This document shows, in pieces, positions 53,893 through 64,000 of a stretch of DNA of 64,000 nucleotides. The notes under the pieces were generated by a model. The model saw only the letters and a list, made by a program, of their open reading frames with translations, did no database searches and had not been told where the DNA came from. The stretch is taken from NCBI GenBank assembly GCA_000697335.1, contig JNEM01013874.1, positions 1-64,000 of the forward strand, read 5' to 3'. Position 1 is the stretch's first letter. The number at the start of each line of letters is the position of its first letter. The stretch is from Conidiobolus incongruus B7586 (lineage: Eukaryota). A program made the position numbers and the translations under genes.

Positions 53893-54787
53893 TATACATA
53901 ACTATAAAAGTTTGATATTAATCAATACTAGTGAAATAATACTATATATAATTATTAAAAAGAATCAAATTGATAAAAAAGTTTAATGGATTAAAATATG
54001 CATCTATTTTATATCATATATTATCAAATTAATCACTAAACATCTGTGTATAATAAATAAAAATATTGATTCAATACTTGATCATTTATCAGCATTGAGT
54101 GTAATTATCTGAAGTTATTGAATTTATTCAATTAAGAATAATCAACATAAACAATATAATAATATTTTAGTTAATAATTGACTAATATCAAAATACCACA
54201 AATTATTAAATATTATATATATTGATAAAAAGCCATTTTAATTTAATACTAATAAAAAAATTAATAAATTATATAATAATATTCATTAATATTAAATAAT
54301 TAAATTTGAATATTTATTAATTTATAAAAAAAATAAGATCAAAATATTATATTAACAGATTTTTTTATATTTATATTGGGTTAATCAACTAATTGATATA
54401 TATATATGTTTGTAACATTTGTTAAGCCTAAGAAATCTTATAAATATAAAATTCATCACAATTTTACATACTATAGCGAATAATTTAATTACTAAATTTG
54501 ATAATTTGTTCCAACTAGATAATTTAATAAATATGGAATCAAATGAATTAAATAGTACAAGGACTAAAAACAATAAGAGTATTTTATTCAAAAATAAAGT
54601 AATATTTTTTTTCTGTATACTTTGATGTAAAAACTTAATATTGATTATTTTATGTATGTAATTTAATTATTATACTTATTAATTGGATCTGAAGTATATA
54701 TAATTCAAAACTATATTCAATTGATATAATTTCATAGAGTACTTTTGATAAACCTATTTATTTATTTATTATTTTAAATTATGTCAT

Positions 54788-55744
54788 TTATTTAAAATAT
54801 GAAGAAATTAAATCAAAAATATTAGAATTTGAAGATTGCTTAGGTTTAAAATCACGATGATTTTCCTTGATAAAATGTTTAACTCCTTTAGGTTTTTCGC
54901 CAGTTATCCGTTCATATTCATCAGTGGTAGGCTCAAATTCGTTTTCCTTTGCAAGTTCAAAAATATCCAAAATCATATTAGTGTGAATTTCTGATAAATT
55001 TTCTTGTTTTAACAATTTTTTCATTTTATCTCGCGAAATATTAATATATTCGACCTTTTCATCAATTGCTTCGCTGATACATTTTGCTATTTCGTTGCCA
55101 TCATGAGGTTTGTCACCAGTGAGACGAATGGTTCGATATTTGGAATCAGCATCAGCATCTTTATGATGTTTTGATAAAGCACAAGCGGCAGCATAAGAAA
55201 CTTCACACTTAGAAATAGGTGCCACCTTGCCATGACCAATACTCAATTCAAGCTTACCTTCATCCCTCACAGACTTAGAAACATGGATCAAATTATCAAT
55301 TAAAAACCCACATTGAACAATAGCTCCCTCAAATTGCAATTTCTCAAACATTGTTTCCAAGGTCCAAAACCCTCTCAAAGGACTATGTAAAGGAGATTTG
55401 TCAGAATGCCATTGCGATATGAGTTGGACACATCTGACATTTGCTTGCTTGACCTCTTTCATCATCTCCATTGCAATAAGGAATCCACTGTCACGAGAAT
55501 GAGCAATAATGACTGCGGCATCCACTTTGCTCAAAGAATCCCTGACATTACTCAGATCACCTTGCTTATATTGTACAACTTCAGCACCCATCTTCTCCAA
55601 CTCTTCGCGCTTAGACTCATCCAAGATACCAGCCCCAACATATTCCACATTATCTTTGAGTTTATCCGATTTCAAGAGACTATGGACAACTCCATAGCCC
55701 AAAGTTTCATCAGCTGCAAAAGTGAATACTCGTAGCTTAGTCAT
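54788..55744 (-). CDS. NmrA-like / atypical SDR NAD(P)-binding-fold protein, copy B (tandem paralog)
   Basis: Colinear with 52098-53012, sharing GFLIDNL, SVRDEGKL, GKVAPIS, LTGDKPHDGN and ITGEKPK. Confidence 0.85.
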   Translation of the reverse strand: MTKLRVFTFAADETLGYGVVHSLLKSDKLKDNVEYVGAGILDESKREELEKMGAEVVQYKQGDLSNVRDSLSKVDAAVIIAHSRDSGFLIAMEMMKEVKQANVRCVQLISQWHSDKSPLHSPLRGFWTLETMFEKLQFEGAIVQCGFLIDNLIHVSKSVRDEGKLELSIGHGKVAPISKCEVSYAAACALSKHHKDADADSKYRTIRLTGDKPHDGNEIAKCISEAIDEKVEYINISRDKMKKLLKQENLSEIHTNMILDIFELAKENEFEPTTDEYERITGEKPKGVKHFIKENHRDFKPKQSSNSNIFDLISSYFK

Positions 55745-56736
55745 TATAAAAGTTAACTAATTGTATATTGGTTAAAGAGATGGCAAGTGAGGTTTTATAC
55801 TGAAAAAAAAAATCTAATAATATTACAACTAGTAATCATAAACTATAAATAATACTAATTAAAAGCATAATAAACCTTATAAATAAATAAACAATAAATA
55901 GGTCAATTATTTAAAGTTTATTAAAGTAATTGAATATTATTTAAGTTTTTTTTATCTAAAGTATTTTTATATTTTCTTTTTAAAGATAAATTATGAATAT
56001 AAGTTTAATTTTTCTTTAATATTATATATATATGGTTCTAATTAAAAATAATATATTATTAACAATATATACTTTAAATAAAAATTAATTATATATTATA
56101 ATAATTATGAATAAAATATAAGCCAACAAGAAGTTATAATGGGTTATGATGTCTTGCTTTACAATGGTCTAGAATAGAGCTTGAAAGATGAATCTAAGGT
56201 ATAGAGGTATGAAGACAAAACCCTATCGTCTAAATGATTTAATCATCAAAAATCAATTAAGTTTGAAAAGTACTATAGTTTATAAACGATAAGTATCATT
56301 AAAGAGATATTTGATAAATTTATAGTCAATTAATTTAGATATATATACATATATATCAAAGAATAAATAATGTTCATATAAGTATAACATATATATTTGA
56401 TAAAATTATTTAATTGATCAAAAATATTATTATTCTTATATTTTTTTTCTTGGGATAAAATAATAACTTGAAAATTATAATAATTATATTATAATAAAAT
56501 TAAAAATGATAATTAAGTTAATTTAAAATATTATAAAATTTTCATTTATTTATTTAAAATTATTTCAATAATAATAATTTATAATATTTTTGATCAAAAT
56601 TAATACTAATTGATAACTAACTTATCACAAATTAACAATTAGTTTATTAATTAAATAAACAATTACTATAAAATAATACTATTTGAGAAATAATCCTAAT
56701 GAATTTCTAAACTTGTGCTTGACTTAAATAACAAGG

Positions 56737-56976
56737 ATGATAATCTTTATCAAAATACTCGATGGCCAATCCAAACAGCTCAAAATGACTGAGGATATGA
56801 CTGAGAATAAATCACTGCCACTGGTTAAAGAGTTGACTGGGTTAGATATCTCTCATCAGAGTTTAGTATTCGGTGCTTAAACTTTGAATTTTAATATAAC
56901 TTTAAAAATTTTAGGAATTTTTGATCTCTCAAAAATTAATTTACAATAAAAATTTTTCAGGTGGTAATAAAAAATA
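56737..56976 (+). pseudogene. Divergent ubiquitin-like pseudogene (76 codons to the GG, then NKK*)
   Basis: MIIFIKILDGQSKQLKMTEDMTENKSLPLVKELTGLDISHQSLVFGA*TLNFNITLKILGIFDLSKINLQ*NFSGG aligns without gaps to ubiquitin, with G75-G76. In-frame TAA at codons 48 and 71. Confidence 0.8.
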
Positions 56977-57379
56977 ATTATTAAATATAAATTTACAATT
57001 TGTTTATAAAGTTATATATTAATTTATATTCAATATAATTATTATTATTTTTTATTTATAAATTTTAAATATTAATATTATTATTTATTATATTTTATTA
57101 TTTTTGAATAATTATTTAATTCAATTTTTTTAATATTGTATTACATTAAAAAAAATTTTTTTATATTTATTAAAAATTAATAATCCCATAAAAAATAAAT
57201 TAATAAAATAATTTTTATTTATTCAATCTTAATAATATATATATTCATATATTTTAATTATAGAATTTTATTTTTTTTTCAAATATAGAAAATTAAATTA
57301 ATATAAATTATTATTATTATTATTATTAAAATTTTTGTAATTAAATATAAATTTAAATATAAAATAATATAAAAATAAA

Positions 57380-57772
57380 ATGGGTAGATTAGCTAGAAGT
57401 CGTAAACATAGAGGAATTCGTGATATTAAACGTAAATATCGTTTGAGACGTAGAACTAAGGACTTAGACCAAATTCACGAAGATTTAGAACCTGAAAACG
57501 CCTCTAAATTGGAAAATCAGGAAGTGGACCCCGATTTGCCAGGGTTAGCTCAACACTATTGTATTCAATGTAGTAAATATTTTATCGATGAAACTTCCTT
57601 GAGTGAGCACAGAAGGGGTAAATACCATAAGAAGAGGTTGAGATTGTTGAGGGAAGCCCCTTATACTCAGAAAGAGGCGGAAATGGCAGCTGGGTTGGGT
57701 ACGGATAATGGTAAGAGGTTAAATGCTAAGAAGAAGGAACAGCAACAGACTACAGATATGCAAACGGATTAA
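57380..57772 (+). CDS. BUD20: C2H2 zinc-finger ribosome biogenesis factor Bud20/ZNF593
   Basis: RRRTKDLDQIHED, DLPGLAQHYCIQCSKYF and HKKRLRLLREAPYTQKEAEMAAG. Confidence 0.96.
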   Translation: MGRLARSRKHRGIRDIKRKYRLRRRTKDLDQIHEDLEPENASKLENQEVDPDLPGLAQHYCIQCSKYFIDETSLSEHRRGKYHKKRLRLLREAPYTQKEAEMAAGLGTDNGKRLNAKKKEQQQTTDMQTD

Positions 57773-58201
57773 ATTTTCCTTATCAACGCTTTTATTTCTG
57801 TTTAATTACCATTACTCTATATTCTATTGGTCAATATCGAGTTTTTAATCTTTTTTTTTTCATCCGATAATATCTTACCAATTTCATATCAAATTCGCTA
57901 ACCTATAATAATATATAATATATCTATATCTCAAAGAATATTTGAATATACTTGGACGATATATATATATACATGATTATATCAATAAACATCAAAAAAA
58001 AATTTCTATAGATTTATAAAATTTATTAAAAACTTAATTGAATTAAATATTAATTGAAAATTATATATTTTGATGATATATTAATTAGATAAAAATAAAA
58101 ATTCAATGATTACAAATTTTTTAATATAAAATTATTTAATAATATATTTATAAATAAATAAAAATCTATGATAATGCTCATTTTATAAAATAATAATTGA
58201 A

Positions 58202-58633
58202 CTATAGTTTAAGCTCTGATTCACAAAATGTAGGGTATTTTAATAATTTTACAAGTTGTGGCAATAAGGGAACAGCCCAAAACACATTGGTAAAGAGATT
58301 TGGAACACTCCACAAAGGGTCCCAAATACTCAGTTTCTGAGATGGTCTTAGGGCCCAGAAGATATCTAGATTCTGTTGAATTGGCCAGACTAGTGTATTG
58401 GATGGTGAGGTTGTAGTAGGAGATGGTGGATACGGTGTAGGTGCAGGTTGACCAATCAGAGTGGGTGGAGCTCCTAGATTTGTGGTTGGCTTAGGATTCA
58501 CAATTGTGAAAGTGATTGGAGGAATGCCTACACCTTTACCAGGTGTTGTATGAGCCATATTCAAATAGTGCCAAGTGTCAAAATCCAATAACACTTTAAA
58601 GTTCAGCCATATTAATCCATAGCTTACAATCAT
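58202..58633 (-). CDS. Hypothetical Pro/Thr/Trp-rich protein (143 aa)
   Basis: ORF coincides with a GC-richer island in AT-rich DNA. No recognisable domain; start uncertain. Confidence 0.45.
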   Translation of the reverse strand: MIVSYGLIWLNFKVLLDFDTWHYLNMAHTTPGKGVGIPPITFTIVNPKPTTNLGAPPTLIGQPAPTPYPPSPTTTSPSNTLVWPIQQNLDIFWALRPSQKLSIWDPLWSVPNLFTNVFWAVPLLPQLVKLLKYPTFCESELKL

Positions 58634-58638
58634 AATTC

Positions 58639-58680
<42 letters not shown>
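58639..58680. repeat. (AAT)14 microsatellite
   Basis: Read directly. A second (ATT)n tract lies at about 58964-58999. Confidence 0.9.
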
Positions 58681-58963
58681 TAGAAGAAATCATTCAACTA
58701 TATTTTATTTAGAATAACCTCACAAGAAATCTAGTTCTATTTCAAAGGTTCCATTTATATTTAATAAATGGTGAATTTAAACTTGATCTGAAGTGTAATA
58801 AAATTCAACTGAATACCAACACTTCAACTGATAAAAATATATATTGGTATGTAATTAGTTTCAAATCCTTTAATTGATTATTCATTATATAATTTATTTT
58901 ATATTATAATATTTATTCAAATTCTTAAATAATAATTAGTAAATCATTTATTATTGATCTTCA

Positions 58964-58999
<36 letters not shown>

Positions 59000-59203
59000 C
59001 AATCATATATTAATTATTATATTTTTATAATAAATTTTCATTTGATTTTAAATCATTAAAATGATAATAGTTTATAATATATATATATGTTAATTTAATC
59101 ATTCTAAAAACATATTCTATATTATGATTATAATAATAATGTAATAGACAAAGATTATTTATTTAACAAAAAAAATGATTAGAATGAATTAATTATATTT
59201 TAA

Positions 59204-60697
59204 CTAGCATGTAGTATGTGATGATTTCTGAATGGGTGTTGGAGCTTGCTCTGATCGATGATTTGTTGAATGTGATCGATTGGGATGATTCTTCTTATCG
59301 GGATAATCCAATGAAGTGTGATTACTCTGAGGACCATATGCTGTTTTATCTGGCTGATATACTCGAACCCAGTCAATGATGAACTCTTGGCCCCATGTTT
59401 TGGGATCAGTGTTGGGATCAAATTTACCACCTGGGAAGAAGTTACCACCAACTGCAAGATTCAAAATGATGTGGAAATCTTGGTCCCATGGCTGACCAGG
59501 TGCTGTGTATGGTGAAGAATCTTTGGCTGCGGGAGATGTCCAGTCTCTAGCAGTCTCCACTTGATAAATATAATTATCATTGACATAGAAACGAATTGCC
59601 TTTTCGTCCCAATCCAAACCATACACATTGAATTCGTTACTAAGACCTTCGCGGGAGTACATCTTATTACTGTAAACGTTCTTGGGCCATTTTGATCCAT
59701 AGTGAAGGGTATGTCCTATTTCGTCTGGCTTTTGACCTCTGCTCTCCATTATGTCGAATTCTCCAGATGCTGCCCATGTGCCATATTTATAGTCTGTGGG
59801 AAGCATCCAAAATGCTGGCCAAAGGTAATTTCCATGTGGAAGCTTTGCCTTCATTTCGAAACGACCATATTTCCAAGAGCCTGCAGCGCGATTACTGGGG
59901 TTATATGTTCTGATCCTCGCAGTCTTCACTGGAAGTCGTTTTGTACATGCTTGATCTGGGATAATTGACGGGTCAGCATTGCAATGGTCATTAGGGCCTA
60001 ATTGGTAGCCCCCAGGCACATTGATTGCTCGCAGAATCAATTTACCATCTTGTACACTGAGGACATCAGGATGATCTACATAGCATTGTTGTTCATCATT
60101 GCCACCTCCCCAGCAATTTATTTCATGGTACCATTTTGATCGATCAAGCTTATCCCCGTCGAAATCATCCATGAATACAAGCTTATAATTTGGTGGAAGT
60201 GGCGGACTTACTCCTACTCTGTAAGAAGTAGGAAGAGTATCACCACCAGTAGTAGGAATATCCACAGGATGTTCAAATCCAACCTTAGTACTCAATGTAG
60301 AATCCTGGCAGTGCTGGGGTAAATTTTTTCGATTGATACGCTTACCATCCACCGGATACTGAGCTGGACAATATTTAAATTTTGGGAGGTTAACATCTTC
60401 AGCTTTTGAATAAATATCTATATCGTGAATTCTACCGCCAGCAACATAATGAGTTCTATAACTCTGCTGAATTCCCTTCAAATCGAGATCGTCTTCAGCA
60501 GAAAAATTATGATAAAAATCTTCATCTAAAGCATTACTCTCGTCTTCTTCAGTTTTATTGCAATTGCTGGTATTTGAACCCATTTCAGATCTTAAAGATT
60601 CTACGATTGTATTTGCATTATTAGGTTGTGGTAATTGATTTCCAACTAACAGACTCACAAATAACAAATAAATCATTCCACAATATTTAGAATTCAT
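59204..60697 (-). CDS. Secreted GH16 beta-1,3-glucanase (laminarinase-like)
   Basis: N-terminal hydrophobic signal, LVFMDDFDG, WGGGNDEQQCY, KYGRFEMKAKLP, WPAFWMLP, catalytic GEFDIME, ILNLAVGG and IDWVRVYQ. Confidence 0.93.
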   Translation of the reverse strand: MNSKYCGMIYLLFVSLLVGNQLPQPNNANTIVESLRSEMGSNTSNCNKTEEDESNALDEDFYHNFSAEDDLDLKGIQQSYRTHYVAGGRIHDIDIYSKAEDVNLPKFKYCPAQYPVDGKRINRKNLPQHCQDSTLSTKVGFEHPVDIPTTGGDTLPTSYRVGVSPPLPPNYKLVFMDDFDGDKLDRSKWYHEINCWGGGNDEQQCYVDHPDVLSVQDGKLILRAINVPGGYQLGPNDHCNADPSIIPDQACTKRLPVKTARIRTYNPSNRAAGSWKYGRFEMKAKLPHGNYLWPAFWMLPTDYKYGTWAASGEFDIMESRGQKPDEIGHTLHYGSKWPKNVYSNKMYSREGLSNEFNVYGLDWDEKAIRFYVNDNYIYQVETARDWTSPAAKDSSPYTAPGQPWDQDFHIILNLAVGGNFFPGGKFDPNTDPKTWGQEFIIDWVRVYQPDKTAYGPQSNHTSLDYPDKKNHPNRSHSTNHRSEQAPTPIQKSSHTTC

Positions 60698-62736
60698 TTT
60701 ATAATAAATTTTAAAAACTCTTATTATAGACTATTATAAAATATTAATTAAAAGATATGATTAAATATACCACTAAAAAACAATGAAGAATTATTCGATA
60801 TAAAGGCAATTTTAAGTTATTTAAATCACTATTAAAAAATTTGTAACTTAACTAAATTGTAAGAAATTTGATTCAAATTTTAATTTTTTTTTAATTTACT
60901 AGAAATTTTAAAGTTTCATATTAGAATACTAAAACTTTTCAAGTTAGTTAGTTAATCCATTATTAAAGTTAAATTATTCTTTTCATTGTACCTTGTATAA
61001 ATTCATTAAATTTTTAATTGAGAATTAATCTATTTTTATATTGAAGAATGATTTTTCTGAGATAACATAATTATTACGTTATTTTAGTCTAATTTAAGTT
61101 AAATACATAATTAATTTATTCAAAAATAATTTGTTTTTAATTTTATACCATCTATTAAGTAAATTGATATTTAAGTTTTCAAATTATTTTATCAAACATT
61201 AATTAGTAATTGATAGATATTATATTAACTGTTTTAAATGTTCATAATGATTGTTACAATTTTAGCTTTAATATATAGCATTAAGTTCTACAAGTGTTAA
61301 TATTAATACATATAACCAAAACATTTAACTAGACATATAATATATATTTATTAAATCATTATTATTATTATAGTTGATTTGCTAACTCTCAATTTGAATA
61401 TATTGAACCGAATTCAAAAATCTATTAATAAGAGCACTTTAGAACTGATATAAATTTCAAACTTGGAAATATTACTAGGTTTTTCATTACCATTCTTTTA
61501 CTAAATTATAATCATATACTTTGGTGAATTCTACCAATATAAAAATTGACATAATCCCATTAAACACCTTTAAATATTTTATTATAAATAACAAAAGTAA
61601 TACTTGATAATAATAATAATAATAATAATTTATGCCATATTTAGAGTAATATATCCAAATTAAATGATTACAAAATTTAAATTAAATTTTGAAAATTTCG
61701 AGTTTTATAAAAATCATTTTAATGATAATATCTCTATAAACTATATTTTATTAATGTTTATAATAACTATAAAAAATTAAGTAAATTTTATTTAATTTTA
61801 ATACGCTTACTTATTAAGTCTTATATTTAATATGATTCATCAAAATGAATTCACTCTTGAATTAAAATAATATAAATTTTATGTAATGTCTAATTAGAAC
61901 TGTTACACTAATTTTCTGCTCTAAGTAGTACATACTCTCAACTGTTGATTTTTCGTCATTTTTGTAGAAATAGACTTGCTATTAAGTTTATGTTGATTAT
62001 GATAATATGATAAACCATGTAATTTTCATTTTTAGTTAGAGCAAGTTTGAAATCAAGTTATTAATTATCATTAAATCGCTAGATTATCTAGATTTTTAAA
62101 AAATCATATTTTTTATTATAAAAAATATTTATAAAACATCCTTATTGCTCAATGTATAATGTAATGACTTAAGTTTAAAGGTATTTTAGCCTATCAATCT
62201 GTTTTTATTCAACTAAATTTTGACTTAATCATCAATATTTATAAAAATCATTCTGTAGATTTTGATATTTTCTTAATTTGATGAAATAGCAAATTTTTAT
62301 CAAATAATAAGGGGAACAAGATAGTGAACAAGTTTTTTTAATTATTTTAATATAAATAATTGATCCATTTAAACTATTAAATAATATTATCCTAGTTACC
62401 AAAAGATATAATTTCATTTGATTTTATTATTAACAATTCAATCAATTAAATATTATCTAATAACTAATACTTTTCAAGCCTATTTAATCCAACAATATAC
62501 ATATCCACAATTAAGAATGATCAATTTATCAAAAGTATATTTTTAAACATAAGGAGTTTATCTATAACATTGTTAATAAATATACTCTGAAATAATATTT
62601 AACATAATGAATAATGAAAAATTAAATTAAGTTTTATTAATTATATATAATATTAACATCAATTATTTCATCATTGGGATCACTTGGATATCAATGAGAA
62701 AATTATTGTCTAATAAATTACTCAGATTTAATTAAA

Positions 62737-63231
62737 TTAGAGGGCCATGGCAGCGATGGATAAGACAACGGCTAGGGCACCAGAGCTAACTAAAGTTATA
62801 GAACCGCTGTTATTGGAAGAGATTTCACTGGCCTTGGGCTTTTCAGCATCTTTGGTAGAGGTCTTATTGTCAGACTTGGAATCATCCTTATCCTTGTTAT
62901 CCTTGTTGTCTTTGTCATCCTTGTTGTCTTTGTCGTCCTTGTCATCCTTCTTATCCTTGTCATCATTGTCTGACTTGGTACTCTTGGTGTAGCAGGTAGA
63001 GATGCAGGACACAAACTTAGTTTTATCTTCTTCCTTTTCACATTCTTTTCTGAAACAGTCAAGGGCAGTTTGAGCGTCATTGGGTTTGAGTTGGACATTG
63101 GGGATACATGGTTGAATACAGTTCAAATCAGTTCCACAGTTCTTTTCTTGTAGACATTTGAGACTATCTTGGCCAGCATCTTGAGCTAGTAAAGCGGATA
63201 ACAAAGTAAAGAAAACGATTTTAGAGTTCAT
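62737..63231 (-). CDS. Small secreted, probably GPI-anchored, Cys-rich surface protein with a D/K/N repeat
   Basis: Signal peptide MNSKIVFFTLLSALLA, 8 Cys, (D[DNK]K)n linker, and small-residue omega region (NNSGS) followed by a hydrophobic C-terminus. Confidence 0.8.
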   Translation of the reverse strand: MNSKIVFFTLLSALLAQDAGQDSLKCLQEKNCGTDLNCIQPCIPNVQLKPNDAQTALDCFRKECEKEEDKTKFVSCISTCYTKSTKSDNDDKDKKDDKDDKDNKDDKDNKDNKDKDDSKSDNKTSTKDAEKPKASEISSNNSGSITLVSSGALAVVLSIAAMAL

Positions 63232-64000
63232 TGTTATTAATATCTTAAGTCAATTAATTGTTAAGAATCAACATTAAAATATTTGATCAAGATGGACTTA
63301 AATACTATTTCATGGATCAAATTTGATTACACCAAATCCTGCCTTACAATCCAGTATGATTAGTTACAATAACTATTCAAATTAATTGGGGGGTAAAAAC
63401 GGTATTTTCGTACTACATTTGTAGAATCATATATGAATTAATTAGGAGAGTTTAGGCAATAGGTATAGGGGTCAAAATTCTATGATTTCATTTGATAACT
63501 ATTAATATTTAATGTTTAACAAAATATTCTCATTCGTATTTTATATTAACTGGTATGATATTTTATATTAATTTAAATTTTAATTAAGTCTTGCTAAGGT
63601 AACAAATATATTTATGTTATAATAATTTTTTTTATTTTAAAATTATTATTGCACTAAAAATATTATTTTTAGTTTACATTTCTCATAAATGCTACGCCTT
63701 ATCAATAAACTAATAATATATTGGATCAAACCAATTATGAAAATTTTACCAGGTGGATATTCAAAATATTGTCTGATTTTATGAATGTTGGTCAGATTTG
63801 ACCCAAAATATTCTTTCAAGTTAAATTTTAATTTCGCATGAGAAAGTTTGTATTTAATCTCTTAGTTATTATTTGATCGCGAACACCGACAAAAGTAGAT
63901 ATTAAAATATGACTCAATATCATTTATTATTTACAAGAATACATTATAATATTGTTATAAAACTCATAAATTAGTTATTTAAACAAAACTATTGACTAGT

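Noticed and set aside
56878..56949. Stop-codon reassignment to explain the in-frame TAAs in the UBL and mariner frames
   Set aside because: TAA is the normal terminator of most conserved genes here, and the TAAs replace different residues (K, L, Q, W).
2375..63098. Many short or antisense ORFs overlapping real genes (e.g. 11916-12383, 44663-44974, 47579-47995, 62796-63098) and short I/N/K/Y-rich intergenic ORFs
   Set aside because: These are shadows of coding strands or chance ORFs in AT-rich DNA. The antisense ORFs shared by the Polo copies simply reflect the duplication.

Overview
Very AT-rich eukaryotic DNA with short (about 45-60 nt) GT-AG introns. The proteins are fungal-type and the composition suggests an early-diverging (zygomycete-grade, possibly Conidiobolus-like) fungus; this taxonomy is inference only. 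The window holds about 23 protein-coding genes: HEATR5/Laa1, SF3B4, Vam7, GH47 mannosidase, B-type cyclin, MRI1, ATP4, mitochondrial uS8 and uS5, RPC53, PPX1, TIM13, two inverted Polo kinases, two NmrA-like paralogs, BUD20, a GH16 glucanase, a GPI-anchored Cys-rich protein and several orphans. There is also one tRNA-Val(AAC). Main observations: (1) a transposon graveyard at about 15.5-19.9 kb, where a full-length, frame-preserved DD34D mariner was apparently inactivated by dense C->T/G->A transitions, largely CpA->TpA, a RIP-like signature; (2) three orphan multi-exon genes that by eye resemble a sororin-like cohesin regulator, a TOPOVIBL/Rec102-like Spo11 partner and an Nse5/SLF1-like SMC5/6 factor; (3) an oriented WCCCATAA motif upstream of 8 housekeeping genes, and a CCAAT element shared by the Polo genes and the sororin candidate; (4) an apparent gene-conversion tract between the Polo paralogs; (5) a 76-codon ubiquitin-like pseudogene missed by the ORF track. 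All homology calls are by-eye recognition; no searches were run.
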